NCBI GenBank assembly: GCA_963848295.1
Contig: CAWKDB010000002.1
Span: 512,001 to 576,000 of the forward strand
Length of the DNA: 64,000 bases
Origin: an uncultured delta proteobacterium
Lineage (GTDB): Bacteria; Myxococcota_A; Polyangia; Haliangiales; Haliangiaceae
Direction of reading: 5' to 3'
Below are positions 37,577-55,975 of this stretch, piece after piece (within the stretch, counting starts at the first letter, position 1; each line of letters opens with the position of its first letter). The notes beneath the pieces are model-generated. The model had not been told where the DNA came from, did not search any database, and saw only the letters and a program-made list of their open reading frames with translations. A program made the translations under genes and the position numbers.

Positions 37577-38512
37577 ATGAACGTCTCGTCATGTTTCGCG
37601 CTGGGTCTAGTTGGTGCCATGGTCGGCGGCTGCACGTACGCGAGCATCGGCTCCGGCGAGGTCGGGGTCGTCCGGACGCCCAGCGGTATGGATCCGCACG
37701 TCTATACCCCCGGCGACTGGAAGATCGGCGGCGATGACAAGGCCACGATCTACAGCGTCCGCTCGCAGGAGCGCTCGGAGCGGCTCGACGTCCAGTCGTC
37801 GGACGGCCTCGGCATCACGCTCGACACGTCGATCCGCTACCACGTCGTGCCCGGCGAGGTCCTCGCGCTCGATCAGGAGATCGGGCCGAGCTATTACGAC
37901 GTGTTGATCGGCCCGACGCTGAAGTCGCAAGCGCGGCGCGTCGTCGGACGGTTCACGCCCGACCAGATCTACTCGACCGAGCGCGAACAGATCGAGAAGG
38001 AGATCCGCGAGGGCGTTGATGCCGCGGTCAAGGGCCGGCACGTCGTGCTCGAGGCCGTGCTCGTGCGCAACGTCGTGCTGCCGCCGCAGCTGCAAGCCGC
38101 GATCACGAACAAGCTCGAGGCCGAGCAGTCTGCGCTCAAGATGAAGTTCGTGATCGCCCAGCAAGAGGCCGAGGATCAGAAGTCGCTCGAGGAGAGCAAG
38201 GCGAAGGCGGAGCGCGACAAGATCGAGGCCGATGCCGCAGCGGAGTCCGCGCGCACGCGAGCGCAGACCGAGGCCGATGGGACCCGCATCGCCGCTCGAG
38301 CCGCGGCCGACGCGAAGCGGCTCGACGCGCAGGCGACCGACGACTACGAGAAGCTGGTGAGCCAACACCTGAGCGCCGCGATCTTGAAGCTCCAGGAGAT
38401 CGCCGCCCAGAAAGCGCTCGCCGATTCACCGAACGCGAAGCTCGTGCTGATGGGAGCCGGCGGCTCGGCCGGCAAGACCGTGCTCGACCTGCGCGGCGCG
38501 GGCGGATCGTAG
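37577..38512 (+). CDS. SPFH/prohibitin (band 7) lipoprotein
   Basis: AGGAGG RBS; GEVGV, SSDGL, RNVVLP, C-terminal coiled coil. Confidence 0.9.
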   Translation: MNVSSCFALGLVGAMVGGCTYASIGSGEVGVVRTPSGMDPHVYTPGDWKIGGDDKATIYSVRSQERSERLDVQSSDGLGITLDTSIRYHVVPGEVLALDQEIGPSYYDVLIGPTLKSQARRVVGRFTPDQIYSTEREQIEKEIREGVDAAVKGRHVVLEAVLVRNVVLPPQLQAAITNKLEAEQSALKMKFVIAQQEAEDQKSLEESKAKAERDKIEADAAAESARTRAQTEADGTRIAARAAADAKRLDAQATDDYEKLVSQHLSAAILKLQEIAAQKALADSPNAKLVLMGAGGSAGKTVLDLRGAGGS

Positions 38513-38519
38513 CGCCGAG

Positions 38520-40367
38520 CTACGGGCGGATCACCGAGCGATGCGCGCCGGTCGCGAGCTCGACGCGCTCGACGAAGTCTCCGCCCGACGCCTGGCTGAC
38601 GACGAACACCGCGTCGCCGCGGACCGCGAGGTACACGCTCTGCTCGTACTCCGAGTGCTTGACCCCGAGCCCGCGCACGGTGATGTGCCAGCGAACGTGG
38701 CCGTCGACGCCGACGCGTTGCAGATCGATCCCATCGTCGGAGATCGCGCAGTACGTCGCGATCACGACGTCACCGCCGGGGAGCTCGACGAGCTCGCTCG
38801 CGGCGGCGAACGTGTCCGCCGGCGGCGGCAGCGTCCACACCGGCTTGCCGGCGGCGAGCCGCGCGATCCGCTTGTCGCTGACGACCACGAGATCGCGGTC
38901 GACCCAGTGCGCGGCCGCGACCACCTCGCGGAGCCGCAACACTTCCCGCTTGGAGCGGTCGCGCACGATCGACTCGCCGTCGACGTGGTCGATGTGGAAG
39001 GCGGCCACCTGGCTCGGGTCGACCACGGTTACCCGGTACGTGACATCGCGCGCGGCATCGACCACGACGTCGCCGACGATATACTCGGGCCCGCCGAATG
39101 ACCGCGCGACCGCCGAGCGCTCGACGCCGGCGATCGAGTGGATGACGTGGCCGTCTGGCGCCACCAGGTCGTTCCCGACGACGAATGGGACGCGAGCGTC
39201 GCGCTCGGCCAGGGTGCCGCAATCGCCGATCGGCTGGCAGCGGAGCTCGTCTGCGCCGGTCGCGAGGTCGATCCGCTCGAAGAAGTCGCCGCCGGAGGCT
39301 TGGCTGACCGCGTAGAGCTTGTCGCCCCGGATCGTCGAGTACGCGATGTTCGAGTACTTCGAATGAGCGACGCCGATCCCTGCGGCGCTGGTCTGCCACA
39401 CGACGCGGCCGTCGGGGTGGAGACGCCAGAACGCCAGGCCGCTGTCAGCGATCGAGTCGTGCAGCTCGATCACCAGATCGCCGCCCGCGATCGGCGTGAT
39501 CGATCCGGCGTCGCCGAACGCGATCTTGTCGATCGCGATCCGCCACACCATCGCGCCGCTCGGCGTCATCCGCGTGATGTCGCGATCCGTAAGCACGATC
39601 GCGTCGGCCTCGACCTGCGCGATCGCGGCCACCTCGCCATCGACGACGAAGCTCCGCGACGCCGCGAGCGCGTACACCGTGCTGCGCCGCGCCGACCACG
39701 GCCGGTTCACCACGTAGTCCTGCGCGACGAGCCTCTCGTCACAGCCGGGCTGGGTCGGCGTGACGAACAGCATGGCGCCGTCGGCGAGCGCATAACCCGT
39801 CGACCATTGCCGGGCGCCGTCGGGCGCGCACTCGCTCGCGATCACGCGATCGCCGGCGATCGTCAGCTCGTGCGGCGAGGCGTGGACGCGCCATTGCACC
39901 TTGCCGGTCGCGGCGTCGCCGGTCGCGACCGGCGCGCGACCGGCAGCGCCGCCGAAGGGCGGCGCGGTCAGATCGACACGCTGCAGCTCGCCATGTAACG
40001 GTGCCGCGATCAGGAACGAGCCGCCGACCGCGTAAGCGCCCTCCCCCGGGTCGTAGATCGCCGGGAGCCGCTGCGCCTTGGCCGCGCCCGCATCCGCGAT
40101 GAACGCGCCGATCGAGAACCGATCGCCGCCGACCGGCAGCGCCGCGTCGTAACGCTCGGGGCCCGCGACCGTCGCGACGACCTTGCCGTCGCCGTCGACC
40201 ACGTGGCTGCGAACGAGCAGCCTGACGCCCGCGGTCGCCGCGTTCGGCAGCGGTGGTGCGGGCGAGAGCTTGGCGACCGGCCCGGGCGGGCAATCGCTGC
40301 CCGCGGACGGCGCAACCGGGTCCGATGCCCCACCACACGCGGCCAGGACCACGATGAGACGCTTCAC
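38520..40367 (-). CDS. PQQ-like beta-propeller lipoprotein with internal duplication
   Basis: Lipobox LAAC; the block GGD...DG+V+W...G+G+xHSxY...RGD...VSQASGGDFxER++LATG occurs twice. Confidence 0.75.
   Translation of the reverse strand: MKRLIVVLAACGGASDPVAPSAGSDCPPGPVAKLSPAPPLPNAATAGVRLLVRSHVVDGDGKVVATVAGPERYDAALPVGGDRFSIGAFIADAGAAKAQRLPAIYDPGEGAYAVGGSFLIAAPLHGELQRVDLTAPPFGGAAGRAPVATGDAATGKVQWRVHASPHELTIAGDRVIASECAPDGARQWSTGYALADGAMLFVTPTQPGCDERLVAQDYVVNRPWSARRSTVYALAASRSFVVDGEVAAIAQVEADAIVLTDRDITRMTPSGAMVWRIAIDKIAFGDAGSITPIAGGDLVIELHDSIADSGLAFWRLHPDGRVVWQTSAAGIGVAHSKYSNIAYSTIRGDKLYAVSQASGGDFFERIDLATGADELRCQPIGDCGTLAERDARVPFVVGNDLVAPDGHVIHSIAGVERSAVARSFGGPEYIVGDVVVDAARDVTYRVTVVDPSQVAAFHIDHVDGESIVRDRSKREVLRLREVVAAAHWVDRDLVVVSDKRIARLAAGKPVWTLPPPADTFAAASELVELPGGDVVIATYCAISDDGIDLQRVGVDGHVRWHITVRGLGVKHSEYEQSVYLAVRGDAVFVVSQASGGDFVERVELATGAHRSVIRP
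39915..39971. repeat. 57-nt in-frame hairpin insertion (same family as 9393-9455)
   Basis: 23-nt exact match to the recG copy; removing it restores VDAATGKVQW, a typical propeller blade motif. Confidence 0.8.
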
Positions 40368-40420
40368 GATCGTACAGACGCCCGAGATCGACGTCCGGTC
40401 GCAGAAATCGTCGGTGCTCG

Positions 40421-40882
40421 CTAGCCGAACGCCTTTTTCTTGAGCTCGCCCGAGCTCGCGGCGTTCACCAGGTGCTCGCGCCCGCCGAGGCACTCGCCCG
40501 CGACGAACACGACCGGCAACCGGATGCCCTTGCTGTCGCGCCGCACCGCGTACTGCGCCGCCGGATCCTCCTGGATGTTCGTGACGGTATACGTCACGCC
40601 ATTGGCGTCGAGGATATCGGTGAGCTTGCCGACGTCCCGCTTCTGCTTCTCCATGTAGTAAACGATCACCGGCGCCTGCTCGGTCTTGTTCGGCGTCGGC
40701 GTAGCCGTGGGCGCAGGCGATCCCGAACCGCGCGCAAACGCCTCGCGATCGCGCAGCTCGGCCTCGTCGGCGAGTGGTCGCCCGAGCGCGTCGTTGGCCT
40801 TGCGCACGAGCTCGCCTGCCCGGCCCGGAACACGCGTAAGCGCGGCGTGGGCCCGCGCTCGCACCGAATCCAGCACGCCCAT
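40421..40882 (-). CDS. Glutaredoxin-fold protein lacking the active-site Cys
   Basis: PVIVYY...LPVVFVAGECLGG...SGEL; starts 2 nt after the upstream stop. Confidence 0.75.
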   Translation of the reverse strand: MGVLDSVRARAHAALTRVPGRAGELVRKANDALGRPLADEAELRDREAFARGSGSPAPTATPTPNKTEQAPVIVYYMEKQKRDVGKLTDILDANGVTYTVTNIQEDPAAQYAVRRDSKGIRLPVVFVAGECLGGREHLVNAASSGELKKKAFG

Positions 40883-40884
40883 CG

Positions 40885-42732
<1,848 letters not shown>

Positions 42733-42755
42733 GGTTGGTTCCTCTTCTCGCGTTC

Positions 42756-46337
<3,582 letters not shown>

Positions 46338-46356
46338 GGAGATTCCTCGCGCAGGG

Positions 46357-46400
46357 CTAGACTGACGCGTCAGTCTAGGCTGGACTGACGTGTCAGTCCA
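46357..46400. promoter_or_regulatory. Tandem palindromic operator
   Basis: Perfect 22-bp CTAGACTGACGCGTCAGTCTAG (46357-46378) and TGGACTGAC-GT-GTCAGTCCA (46381-46400), 20-63 nt upstream of the activase start. Confidence 0.85.
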
Positions 46401-46541
46401 TTCTTAAATAGCGGCAAGGAATGATCTCTTCGGCGCGCGAACCGTTACGCACCAACTGTGTTTCCCATTACGAATGCTGCACCCCGGTGCGCAGGCGATT
46501 ACGCTGCGACCCAGCTCTCAACCCCGAATAGGATGCCTGCC

Positions 46542-47006
46542 ATGAAAATCATTAGCCTGGTCTCGGTCGCGATCCTCGGTGCGTGCGGCGGCGGTAGCTC
46601 CCCCGCGATCGATTCGCCGAGCCCGCACGACGCCGCCGCTCACGACTCGAAGGTGTTCTTGGACAGTCCCGGCGCAGCGGCGCTGACCGTCAAGAACTAT
46701 GACGCGTGGTGCTCGGTGACGGTCAACGGCGGAGCCGCGTCGACCGGCGCGCAGCAAGTGGTCACGCCCGCAGCCGGTACGATCAGCCTCGCCGCGGTCG
46801 CGCTCGACGGCTTCGAGCTCGGCCCCGCGCCGTGGCACGACACCGCCGGCGATACCGGCACGGGCGATCCCGGCACGGTGACGGGCACCGGCCAGTCCGC
46901 CTCGGACGCGACGACGGTCGTATTCGGCACGAGCGCGAAGTGCGTCTGGGTGTGCTGCCCGTTCACGAATGGCACCGGGTGCCCGACCACCGATCAGTGC
47001 CCGTAG
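46542..47006 (+). CDS. Small lipoprotein
   Basis: Lipobox LGAC; C-terminal CVWVCCP...CP...CP. Confidence 0.8.
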   Translation: MKIISLVSVAILGACGGGSSPAIDSPSPHDAAAHDSKVFLDSPGAAALTVKNYDAWCSVTVNGGAASTGAQQVVTPAAGTISLAAVALDGFELGPAPWHDTAGDTGTGDPGTVTGTGQSASDATTVVFGTSAKCVWVCCPFTNGTGCPTTDQCP

Positions 47007-47015
47007 CGGGGGCGG

Positions 47016-48583
<1,568 letters not shown>

Positions 48584-48584
<1 letters not shown>

Positions 48585-50002
48585 TAGCGGCCTCGCCGCC
48601 GGCGAGTCACCAGCGCGATCGCGAAGCCGAGCAGCACGAGCGAGCCGCCGCCCGAGCCGGTGCCGGCGTTACAGCCGCCGCCGTTGACCGTCACCGCGCC
48701 GGCCGGCTGGCACGCGTCACCGATGCCGTCGCCGTTCGCATCGGCCTGGTCGGGGTTCGCGACGAACGGGCAGTTGTCGGTCTTGTCGGGCACGCCGTCG
48801 CCATCGGTGTCGTTGCCTTTCGGCGACGAATCGCACGCGTCGCCGACGCCGTCACCATCGGTGTCCTTCTGGTCCGGGTTCGCGACGAACGGGCAGTTGT
48901 CCGTCGCGTTCGGCACGCCATCGCCGTCGACGTCGTTGTTGTTGAACGGATCGCACGCGTCGCCGATGCCGTCGCCGTCGGTGTCGGTCTGATCCGGGTT
49001 CGCGACGAACGGGCAGTTGTCGGTCGCGTTCGGCACGCCGTCGCCGTCGACATCGTTGTTGTCCGTCGAGTCGCACGCGTCGCCGATGCCGTCGCCGTCG
49101 GTATCCGTCTGGTCCGGGTTCGCGACGAACGGGCAGTTGTCGGTCGCGTTCGGGATGCCGTCGCCGTCGACGTCGTTGTTGTCCGTCGAGTCGCACGCGT
49201 CGCCGATGCCGTCGCCGTCGGTATCCGTCTGGTCCGGGTTCGCGACGAACGGGCAGTTGTCGGTCGCGTTCGGGATGCCGTCGCCGTCGACGTCGTTGTT
49301 GTCCGTCGGATCGCAGGCGTCGCCGAGCCCGTCGCCGTCGCTGTCGGTCTGGTCGGGGTTCGGAACGCTCGGACAGTTGTCGAGCGCGTCCGCGATACCG
49401 TCGCCGTCGAAGTCGCCGTTGAGGAACCCGCCGAAGAACTGGAGTCCGGGATCGACCGCGCAGCAGTCGCCGTTCCCACCGCTGATGTCGGGCGAGACGT
49501 AGTTCACCGGATTGCCGTTGTTCGCGTAGGTCGCGAGCACCCCGTTGTCCTTAGGGTCGAAAGCGTCGTATGGGAAGTTGGCGCAGTTGTCGATCATCGA
49601 GGCGACGTCGTAGTCCTGACCGGCATCCATCGTGAAAACCAGCGGCCCGTTGTCGACGAACTGATCGCCGTTCGAAACGTTCACCGGGTTGCCGTAGAAC
49701 ACCAGCGTCTCGTCTGGGTGGGTCCAGATCGCGAAGCGGACGTTGCTCGACGTCACCGGGTTGCCGTCGACGTCAGACCCGGTCGGCGCCAGGTGGCTCT
49801 TGATACCGGTGACCAACACGGTCTGGTCGGCGCGCATGTGCAGGCTGATCGCCCCATCACAACGCGCGGACCCTCCGTTGGGGACCGGCGCGGTGTCGAT
49901 CAACAGCGGCGCGCTCGCTGGCGCAGCCGCGGCTGCCCTGGTGACGAGGCTTCCCGGTACGATCAACGATGCAAGCAGCCACGTGCGCGCGAAGTTCGAC
50001 AA
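48584..50002 (-). CDS. Surface protein: unique N-domain, six TSP3 units, MYXO-CTERM-type anchor
   Basis: AAGGGGG RBS before TTG; signal peptide; [11 protein letters not shown] repeats; GGGCNAG...[18 protein letters not shown]. Confidence 0.88.
48708..49416. repeat. Coding 120-bp tandem repeat (TSP3 units), about 6 copies
   Basis: Sequence recurs with a 120-nt period, e.g. lines at 48841, 48961, 49081, 49201, 49321. Confidence 0.92.
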
Positions 50003-50082
50003 AGCAGTCCCCCTTGAAAAGACAGCGGTCAGGCTACAGCAAGTGCCCGGCGAAATGCACTCTCGAGCCGGGTACGCGTGGG

Positions 50083-50694
50083 TTACGCGAGCACGCCGCG
50101 CAGCGCGACGAGCAGCAGCTCGTCGACCACCGCTTCGACTTCCGGCGCCGCCGGCTCGGTGACGAGCATCTCGACGATGCCGCGGATCATCCCGAGCATC
50201 GCGGACGCGGCGAGCTGGGGCTGGACCTTGCGCAACAGGCCGATCTCCATCCCCGACTCGAACGCGCGCCGCAACAGATCGCGGACCTCGCCGAAGAACT
50301 GATCGAGCCGCTCGGCGGCCTCGGCATCCGGCGTGTGGCCCGCGGACAGCAGGAGCATCGCGAGCGCGCGATCGCGCACGATGTACTCGAGCGTCGAGAC
50401 GACCTGCGCGCGGAGCTGGACCTGCGGCGGCGGCGCCTTCGGATCGTCGACCTCGATGCGATACATGCGCGCGCGCAGATCGCCCATCGCCTGATCGAGG
50501 ATCGAGTCGAACACCGCCTCCTTGCTCGCGAAGTACAAGTAGAACGTGCCGCGCGCGATCTGCGCGCGCTCGATGATCGCGTGGATCGACGCGCCGTGAT
50601 AGCCGGCGTCGGCGAACACCGCCTTCGCGGCCTCGATGATCTGACGGCGGCGCTCGAGCTTCGCGCGCTCGCCGGTGTCGACGGTCATCGCCAC
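50083..50694 (-). CDS. TetR/AcrR family regulator
   Basis: [18 protein letters not shown]...[14 protein letters not shown]. Confidence 0.93.
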   Translation of the reverse strand: MAMTVDTGERAKLERRRQIIEAAKAVFADAGYHGASIHAIIERAQIARGTFYLYFASKEAVFDSILDQAMGDLRARMYRIEVDDPKAPPPQVQLRAQVVSTLEYIVRDRALAMLLLSAGHTPDAEAAERLDQFFGEVRDLLRRAFESGMEIGLLRKVQPQLAASAMLGMIRGIVEMLVTEPAAPEVEAVVDELLLVALRGVLA

Positions 50695-50695
50695 G

Positions 50696-51874
<1,179 letters not shown>

Positions 51875-52058
51875 CTGGCGAACCCGACGCGCCCGTCGCT
51901 TGCCCGGGAACGGTCGAAAACCACGACGCGCCATCTAGATCCACTACGGTTAACCTAGGACCGGCGATCGGTCAATGAACGCGTTTTCCGCCGGGCCTTG
52001 CCAGGGCTTAAGCCGAGGGCCGGGCTGGACCCATGGGGTTGCCGTAGCCAGCTCGAGG

Positions 52059-52074
52059 CGTTGCGGTTTGCAAC
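52059..52074. promoter_or_regulatory. Candidate upstream activator site (GTTGC-N5-GCAAC palindrome)
   Basis: CGTTGCGGTTTGCAAC; matches 26354-26369. Confidence 0.65.
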
Positions 52075-52112
52075 GCGCGCTCGCGGCAGGCGCTCGCGAC
52101 GCGGGGTTGCGC

Positions 52113-52128
52113 TGGCGCAGCGCTTGCT
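52113..52128 (+). promoter_or_regulatory. Sigma54 promoter of the maltodextrin-type ABC operon
   Basis: TGGCGCAGCGCTTGCT, close to the TGGCAC-N5-TTGCW consensus, 12 nt before GTG 52141. Confidence 0.7.
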
Positions 52129-52140
52129 CATCGCGCGGGC

Positions 52141-53241
52141 GTGAGCGAGCTCGTCCTCCACGGTGTCCGCAAGATCTACGAAGGCCAGACTCGCCCGGTC
52201 ATCCCCGATCTCGACCTGACGATTCCGTCCGGCAAGATGGCGGTGCTGGTCGGGCCGTCGGGGTGCGGCAAGTCGACGACGCTGCGCATGGTCGCCGGGC
52301 TCGAGGAGCCGACCGCCGGCAAGATCACGATCGCGGGCCGCGACGTCACGAACCTGCCCCCCGCCGAGCGCGACATCGCGATGGTGTTCCAGAGCTACGC
52401 GCTGTATCCGCACATGTCCGTGTTCGAGAACATGGCGTTCGGGCTGCGCATCCAGCATCTGCCTGATGCCGAGATCAAGAAGCGCGTGCTCGCGGTCGCG
52501 ACGAGCATGGGTCTCGAGACCTATCTCGAGCGCAGGCCGAAGGCGCTGTCCGGCGGACAACGCCAGCGCGTCGCGATCGGTCGCGCGGTCGTGCGCCAAC
52601 CGAAGGTGTTCTTGTTCGACGAGCCGCTGTCGAACCTCGACGCGAAGCTGCGTGGCGACATGCGGCGCGAGATCGCGCGGATCCATCGCGACTCCGATGC
52701 GACCGCGATGTACGTGACCCACGATCAGATCGAAGCGATGACGCTCGCCGATCAGATCGTCGTGTTGAAGGACGGGGTGATCCAGCAGATCGGCACGCCG
52801 GCGGAGATCTACGAGCAACCCGCGAATCGCTTCGTCGCCGGGTTTTTCGGCACCCCGACGATGAATTTTCTCGCCGCCGATCTGACCCAACAAGGCGATC
52901 GCCAGGCCGCGCGCGGGCCCGGGTTCGAGATTCCGCTCGGTCGGCCGCCCGAGCTCCGGCCAGCGCAAGCCACGGTCGATCGCATCGTCGTCGGCATTCG
53001 CCCCGAGCGGCTGTCGCTGACTGGCGGCGCACCCGGCTCGGCTGACATCGCGCTGTCGGCCGAGGTCGCGATGCGCGAGATGCTCGGCGCCGAGGTCGTG
53101 CTTCACCTCGAGTCGCCGGCCGGCCCGCTCACCGTGCGCACCGAGGCGGGCTCCGCCGCGCGCCCCGGCGACACCGTCGTGGTCTGGCTCGATCCGCACG
53201 CGATCCATCTGTTCGACGGCGCGACCGAGGTCCGGCTTTGA
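52141..53241 (+). CDS. malK: Oligosaccharide ABC ATPase (MalK/UgpC type)
   Basis: GPSGCGKST, MVFQSYALYPH, LSGGQRQR, DEPLSNLD, YVTHDQ, TOBE C-terminus. Confidence 0.92.
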   Translation: MSELVLHGVRKIYEGQTRPVIPDLDLTIPSGKMAVLVGPSGCGKSTTLRMVAGLEEPTAGKITIAGRDVTNLPPAERDIAMVFQSYALYPHMSVFENMAFGLRIQHLPDAEIKKRVLAVATSMGLETYLERRPKALSGGQRQRVAIGRAVVRQPKVFLFDEPLSNLDAKLRGDMRREIARIHRDSDATAMYVTHDQIEAMTLADQIVVLKDGVIQQIGTPAEIYEQPANRFVAGFFGTPTMNFLAADLTQQGDRQAARGPGFEIPLGRPPELRPAQATVDRIVVGIRPERLSLTGGAPGSADIALSAEVAMREMLGAEVVLHLESPAGPLTVRTEAGSAARPGDTVVVWLDPHAIHLFDGATEVRL

Positions 53242-54407
53242 AGCTGTGGCTCGCCCTGTTCTTGGCGTTCGCCGCGTGCAACGAGCCGCGCGGCGTCGTG
53301 CTGTGGCACGCGTACAGCGACCAGGAGCGCACCGCGCTCGAAGCGAACGCGGCGGCGTGGAACTCCGCGCATCCCGACACTCCGCTCACGCTCGTGTTCG
53401 TGCCGCACGATGCGTTCGCCGACAAGTTGTCGTCGGCGATCCCGCGCGGCAACGGGCCGGACCTGTTCATCTACCCGCAAGATCGGATCGGCGACTGGGC
53501 CGACGCCGGCGTGATCGAGCCGCTCGAGTTCTGGGTCGACGACGCGCGCGCCGATCGCTTCGGCGACGACGCGCTCGGCGCGATGACGTATCACGATTCG
53601 CTGTGGGGCCTGCCCTTCGCGATCAAGACGCTCGCGCTGTATTACCGCACCGACCTCGTCGCGCAGCCGCCGAAGACGACCGACGAGCTGCTCGCGCTCG
53701 CGCCGCAGATGAAGGCGCGCCACGGCTTCGCGCTCGCCTACGCGAACGTCGATCTCTACGGCCACTCGCCATGGCTGCACGGGTTCGGTGGGCGCGTGAT
53801 GGACGACCACGGCAAGCTCGCGATCGCGACGCCGGAGGCCGCCGCGGCTTTGGCGTTCGCGCGCCAGCTCGTCACCACCGGCGCGGTGCCCGACGACGCG
53901 CAGGATCCGCTCGTCGCGAGCCTGTTCAACGACGGCCGCGCGGCGACCGCGATGGCCGGACCGTTCTTCGCCGCGAACATCGCGGACGGCGTGCCGTGGA
54001 ACGTGACCACGCTGCCAACCGTCAGCGCGACCGGTAAGCCGGCGGCGCCGTTCGCGAGCACCGAGGGCATCTTGATGTCCGCCCGCGCCGCGAACAAAGA
54101 CCGCGCGTTCGCGGTGATGGACTTCTTGACGGGCGATGCGGCCGCGAAGACGCGCGCGCTGGTCGGCCATCAGATCGTGCCTAACAACGCGGCGCGCGCC
54201 GACCCCGAGTTGATCCACGACCGCGTGATCGCGGCGTTCACTCGCCAGCTCGCCCACGTCGTACCGATGTCGAAGGGCTCGGGCATGCGCGTCGTGTGGA
54301 CGCCGTACAAGACCGCGCTCGGCGACGTGTTGTCCGGACGCGCCGAGCCGTACGCGCGGCTCGTCAAGCTCGAGGATGAGATCGCCGGCTATCTGGAGCG
54401 CGAGTGA
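53238..54407 (+). CDS. malE: Maltose/maltodextrin-type binding lipoprotein
   Basis: Lipobox FAAC; GPDLFI.PQDRIG, LALYY, AMAGP, VVW. Confidence 0.78.
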   Translation: MKLWLALFLAFAACNEPRGVVLWHAYSDQERTALEANAAAWNSAHPDTPLTLVFVPHDAFADKLSSAIPRGNGPDLFIYPQDRIGDWADAGVIEPLEFWVDDARADRFGDDALGAMTYHDSLWGLPFAIKTLALYYRTDLVAQPPKTTDELLALAPQMKARHGFALAYANVDLYGHSPWLHGFGGRVMDDHGKLAIATPEAAAALAFARQLVTTGAVPDDAQDPLVASLFNDGRAATAMAGPFFAANIADGVPWNVTTLPTVSATGKPAAPFASTEGILMSARAANKDRAFAVMDFLTGDAAAKTRALVGHQIVPNNAARADPELIHDRVIAAFTRQLAHVVPMSKGSGMRVVWTPYKTALGDVLSGRAEPYARLVKLEDEIAGYLERE

Positions 54408-55975
54408 GCGAGACCCGCGGCCCGGTCGTGCAGCGCCAGTTGCGCGACTTCGTGATCGTCGCGCTGCTCGCGATCGCGATCGTGACGGCCGCGTTCGTAT
54501 CGGCGCGCAATCGCGAGCTCGCCGAACATCAGCTCGATCTCGCGGCGCGCGCGATCGAGCGGCTCGTGTTGGACCACGAGGAGCTGCCGTCGGCGCACGC
54601 CGCGATCGTCGAACCGGCGGTCGGCTCCGCGCGGCATCCGTATCTGCGTCATCGCCGCGTGTTCGATGGAGGCACGATCCGCCAGCTCGGCAGCGGCCCC
54701 GATGACAAGCTGCTGTACGACGCGGCGAATCGCGTCGAGCGCAGCGGGCGGTTTGCCGAGCTGTTGCCCGATGGTAGCGGGCGCGCCCTCGCGGGCGAGC
54801 GCGATGGCGGCAAGACCGTCGTCGCGGTCACCGAGCCGGGCGCACCCGCGCCGTTCCCGCTGCTCGTCATGGTCGGCGTGCTCGGCCTCGGCGGCGCGCT
54901 CGCTGCGGCCGGCGCGTTACTCGGCCGCCGCGCCGCACCCGTCGGCACGTTCGCCGGGCTCGCCACGCTCGCCATTCCCACGGTCCTCTGGCACTCGCCG
55001 ATCGCCGCGACCGCGATCGCGCTCGTCGCCGCGGCGACCGCGCTCGCGCAGCGCGTCGGCCTCACCGATCGGATCGCGAACGGCTTCATCCGCGATCGCG
55101 TCGCGCTCGGGTTCCTCGCGCCAGCCGGCCTCGCGATGCTCGTGCTCGTCGCGGCTCCGTTCGTGATCGGCATCGTCTTGGGGTTCTACGATCACCACCA
55201 AGGGACGTGGACGTTCGTCGGTTTGTCGAACTTCGGAGAGATCCTGTCCGGCGGAGGCCGCGCACTCGATGATCCGTTGAACTTCTGGTTCATCCTCGGA
55301 GTCACCGTGTTGTGGACAGCGTGCAACATGGTGTTGCACGTCTCGCTCGGCGTCGCGCTCGCGCTCGTGTTGTCGCGCAAGTGGATGCGCGGCAAGGGCG
55401 TGTTCCGGATGCTGCTGATCTTGCCGTGGGCGATCCCGAACTACATCACCGCGCTGATCTGGCACAGCATGTTCACGGGCGAATACGGCGTGATCAACTC
55501 GCTGTTGCACGCGGCGCATCTGTCGGGCGTCTCGTGGTTCTCGTCGTGGGCTAGCGCGTTCTCCGCGAACGTGATCACGAATACGTGGCTCGGCTTTCCG
55601 TTCATGATGGTCGTCGCGCTCGGTGCGCTCGAGACGATTCCACGCGAGCTGTACGAAGCCGCGTCCGTCGATGGCGCCTCGGCGTGGCAGCGGTTCCGCC
55701 ACATCACGGTGCCGCACTTGCGCCCCGCTCTCGGCCCGGCGATCGCGCTCGGCTCGATCTGGACGTTCAACATGTTCAACGTGATCTTCCTGGTGTCGGC
55801 GGGCAAGCCGGGCGACTCGACGAACATCCTCGTCACCGATGCGTATCGCTGGGCGTTCGAACGCGGCGATCGCTACGGCATGGCCGCGGCGTACGCGACG
55901 ATCATCTTCTTGATCCTGCTGCTGTGGACGGTGTTCGGCACGCGGATCATGCGGACGAAGGACACCGATCCGTGA
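54404..55975 (+). CDS. malF: Sugar ABC permease with N-terminal extra domain (MalF type)
   Basis: LLILPWAIP, WLGFPFMM, LYEAASVDGA, FNMFNVI. Confidence 0.85.
   Translation: MSETRGPVVQRQLRDFVIVALLAIAIVTAAFVSARNRELAEHQLDLAARAIERLVLDHEELPSAHAAIVEPAVGSARHPYLRHRRVFDGGTIRQLGSGPDDKLLYDAANRVERSGRFAELLPDGSGRALAGERDGGKTVVAVTEPGAPAPFPLLVMVGVLGLGGALAAAGALLGRRAAPVGTFAGLATLAIPTVLWHSPIAATAIALVAAATALAQRVGLTDRIANGFIRDRVALGFLAPAGLAMLVLVAAPFVIGIVLGFYDHHQGTWTFVGLSNFGEILSGGGRALDDPLNFWFILGVTVLWTACNMVLHVSLGVALALVLSRKWMRGKGVFRMLLILPWAIPNYITALIWHSMFTGEYGVINSLLHAAHLSGVSWFSSWASAFSANVITNTWLGFPFMMVVALGALETIPRELYEAASVDGASAWQRFRHITVPHLRPALGPAIALGSIWTFNMFNVIFLVSAGKPGDSTNILVTDAYRWAFERGDRYGMAAAYATIIFLILLLWTVFGTRIMRTKDTDP

Noticed and set aside
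48708..49416. Regular repeats as a possible CRISPR array
   Set aside because: No unique spacers, in-frame TSP3 coding units, no cas genes.
52937..52983. GRPPELRPAQATVDR segment of MalK as another inserted element
   Set aside because: Region length looks normal for MalK and I found no second copy in the window.
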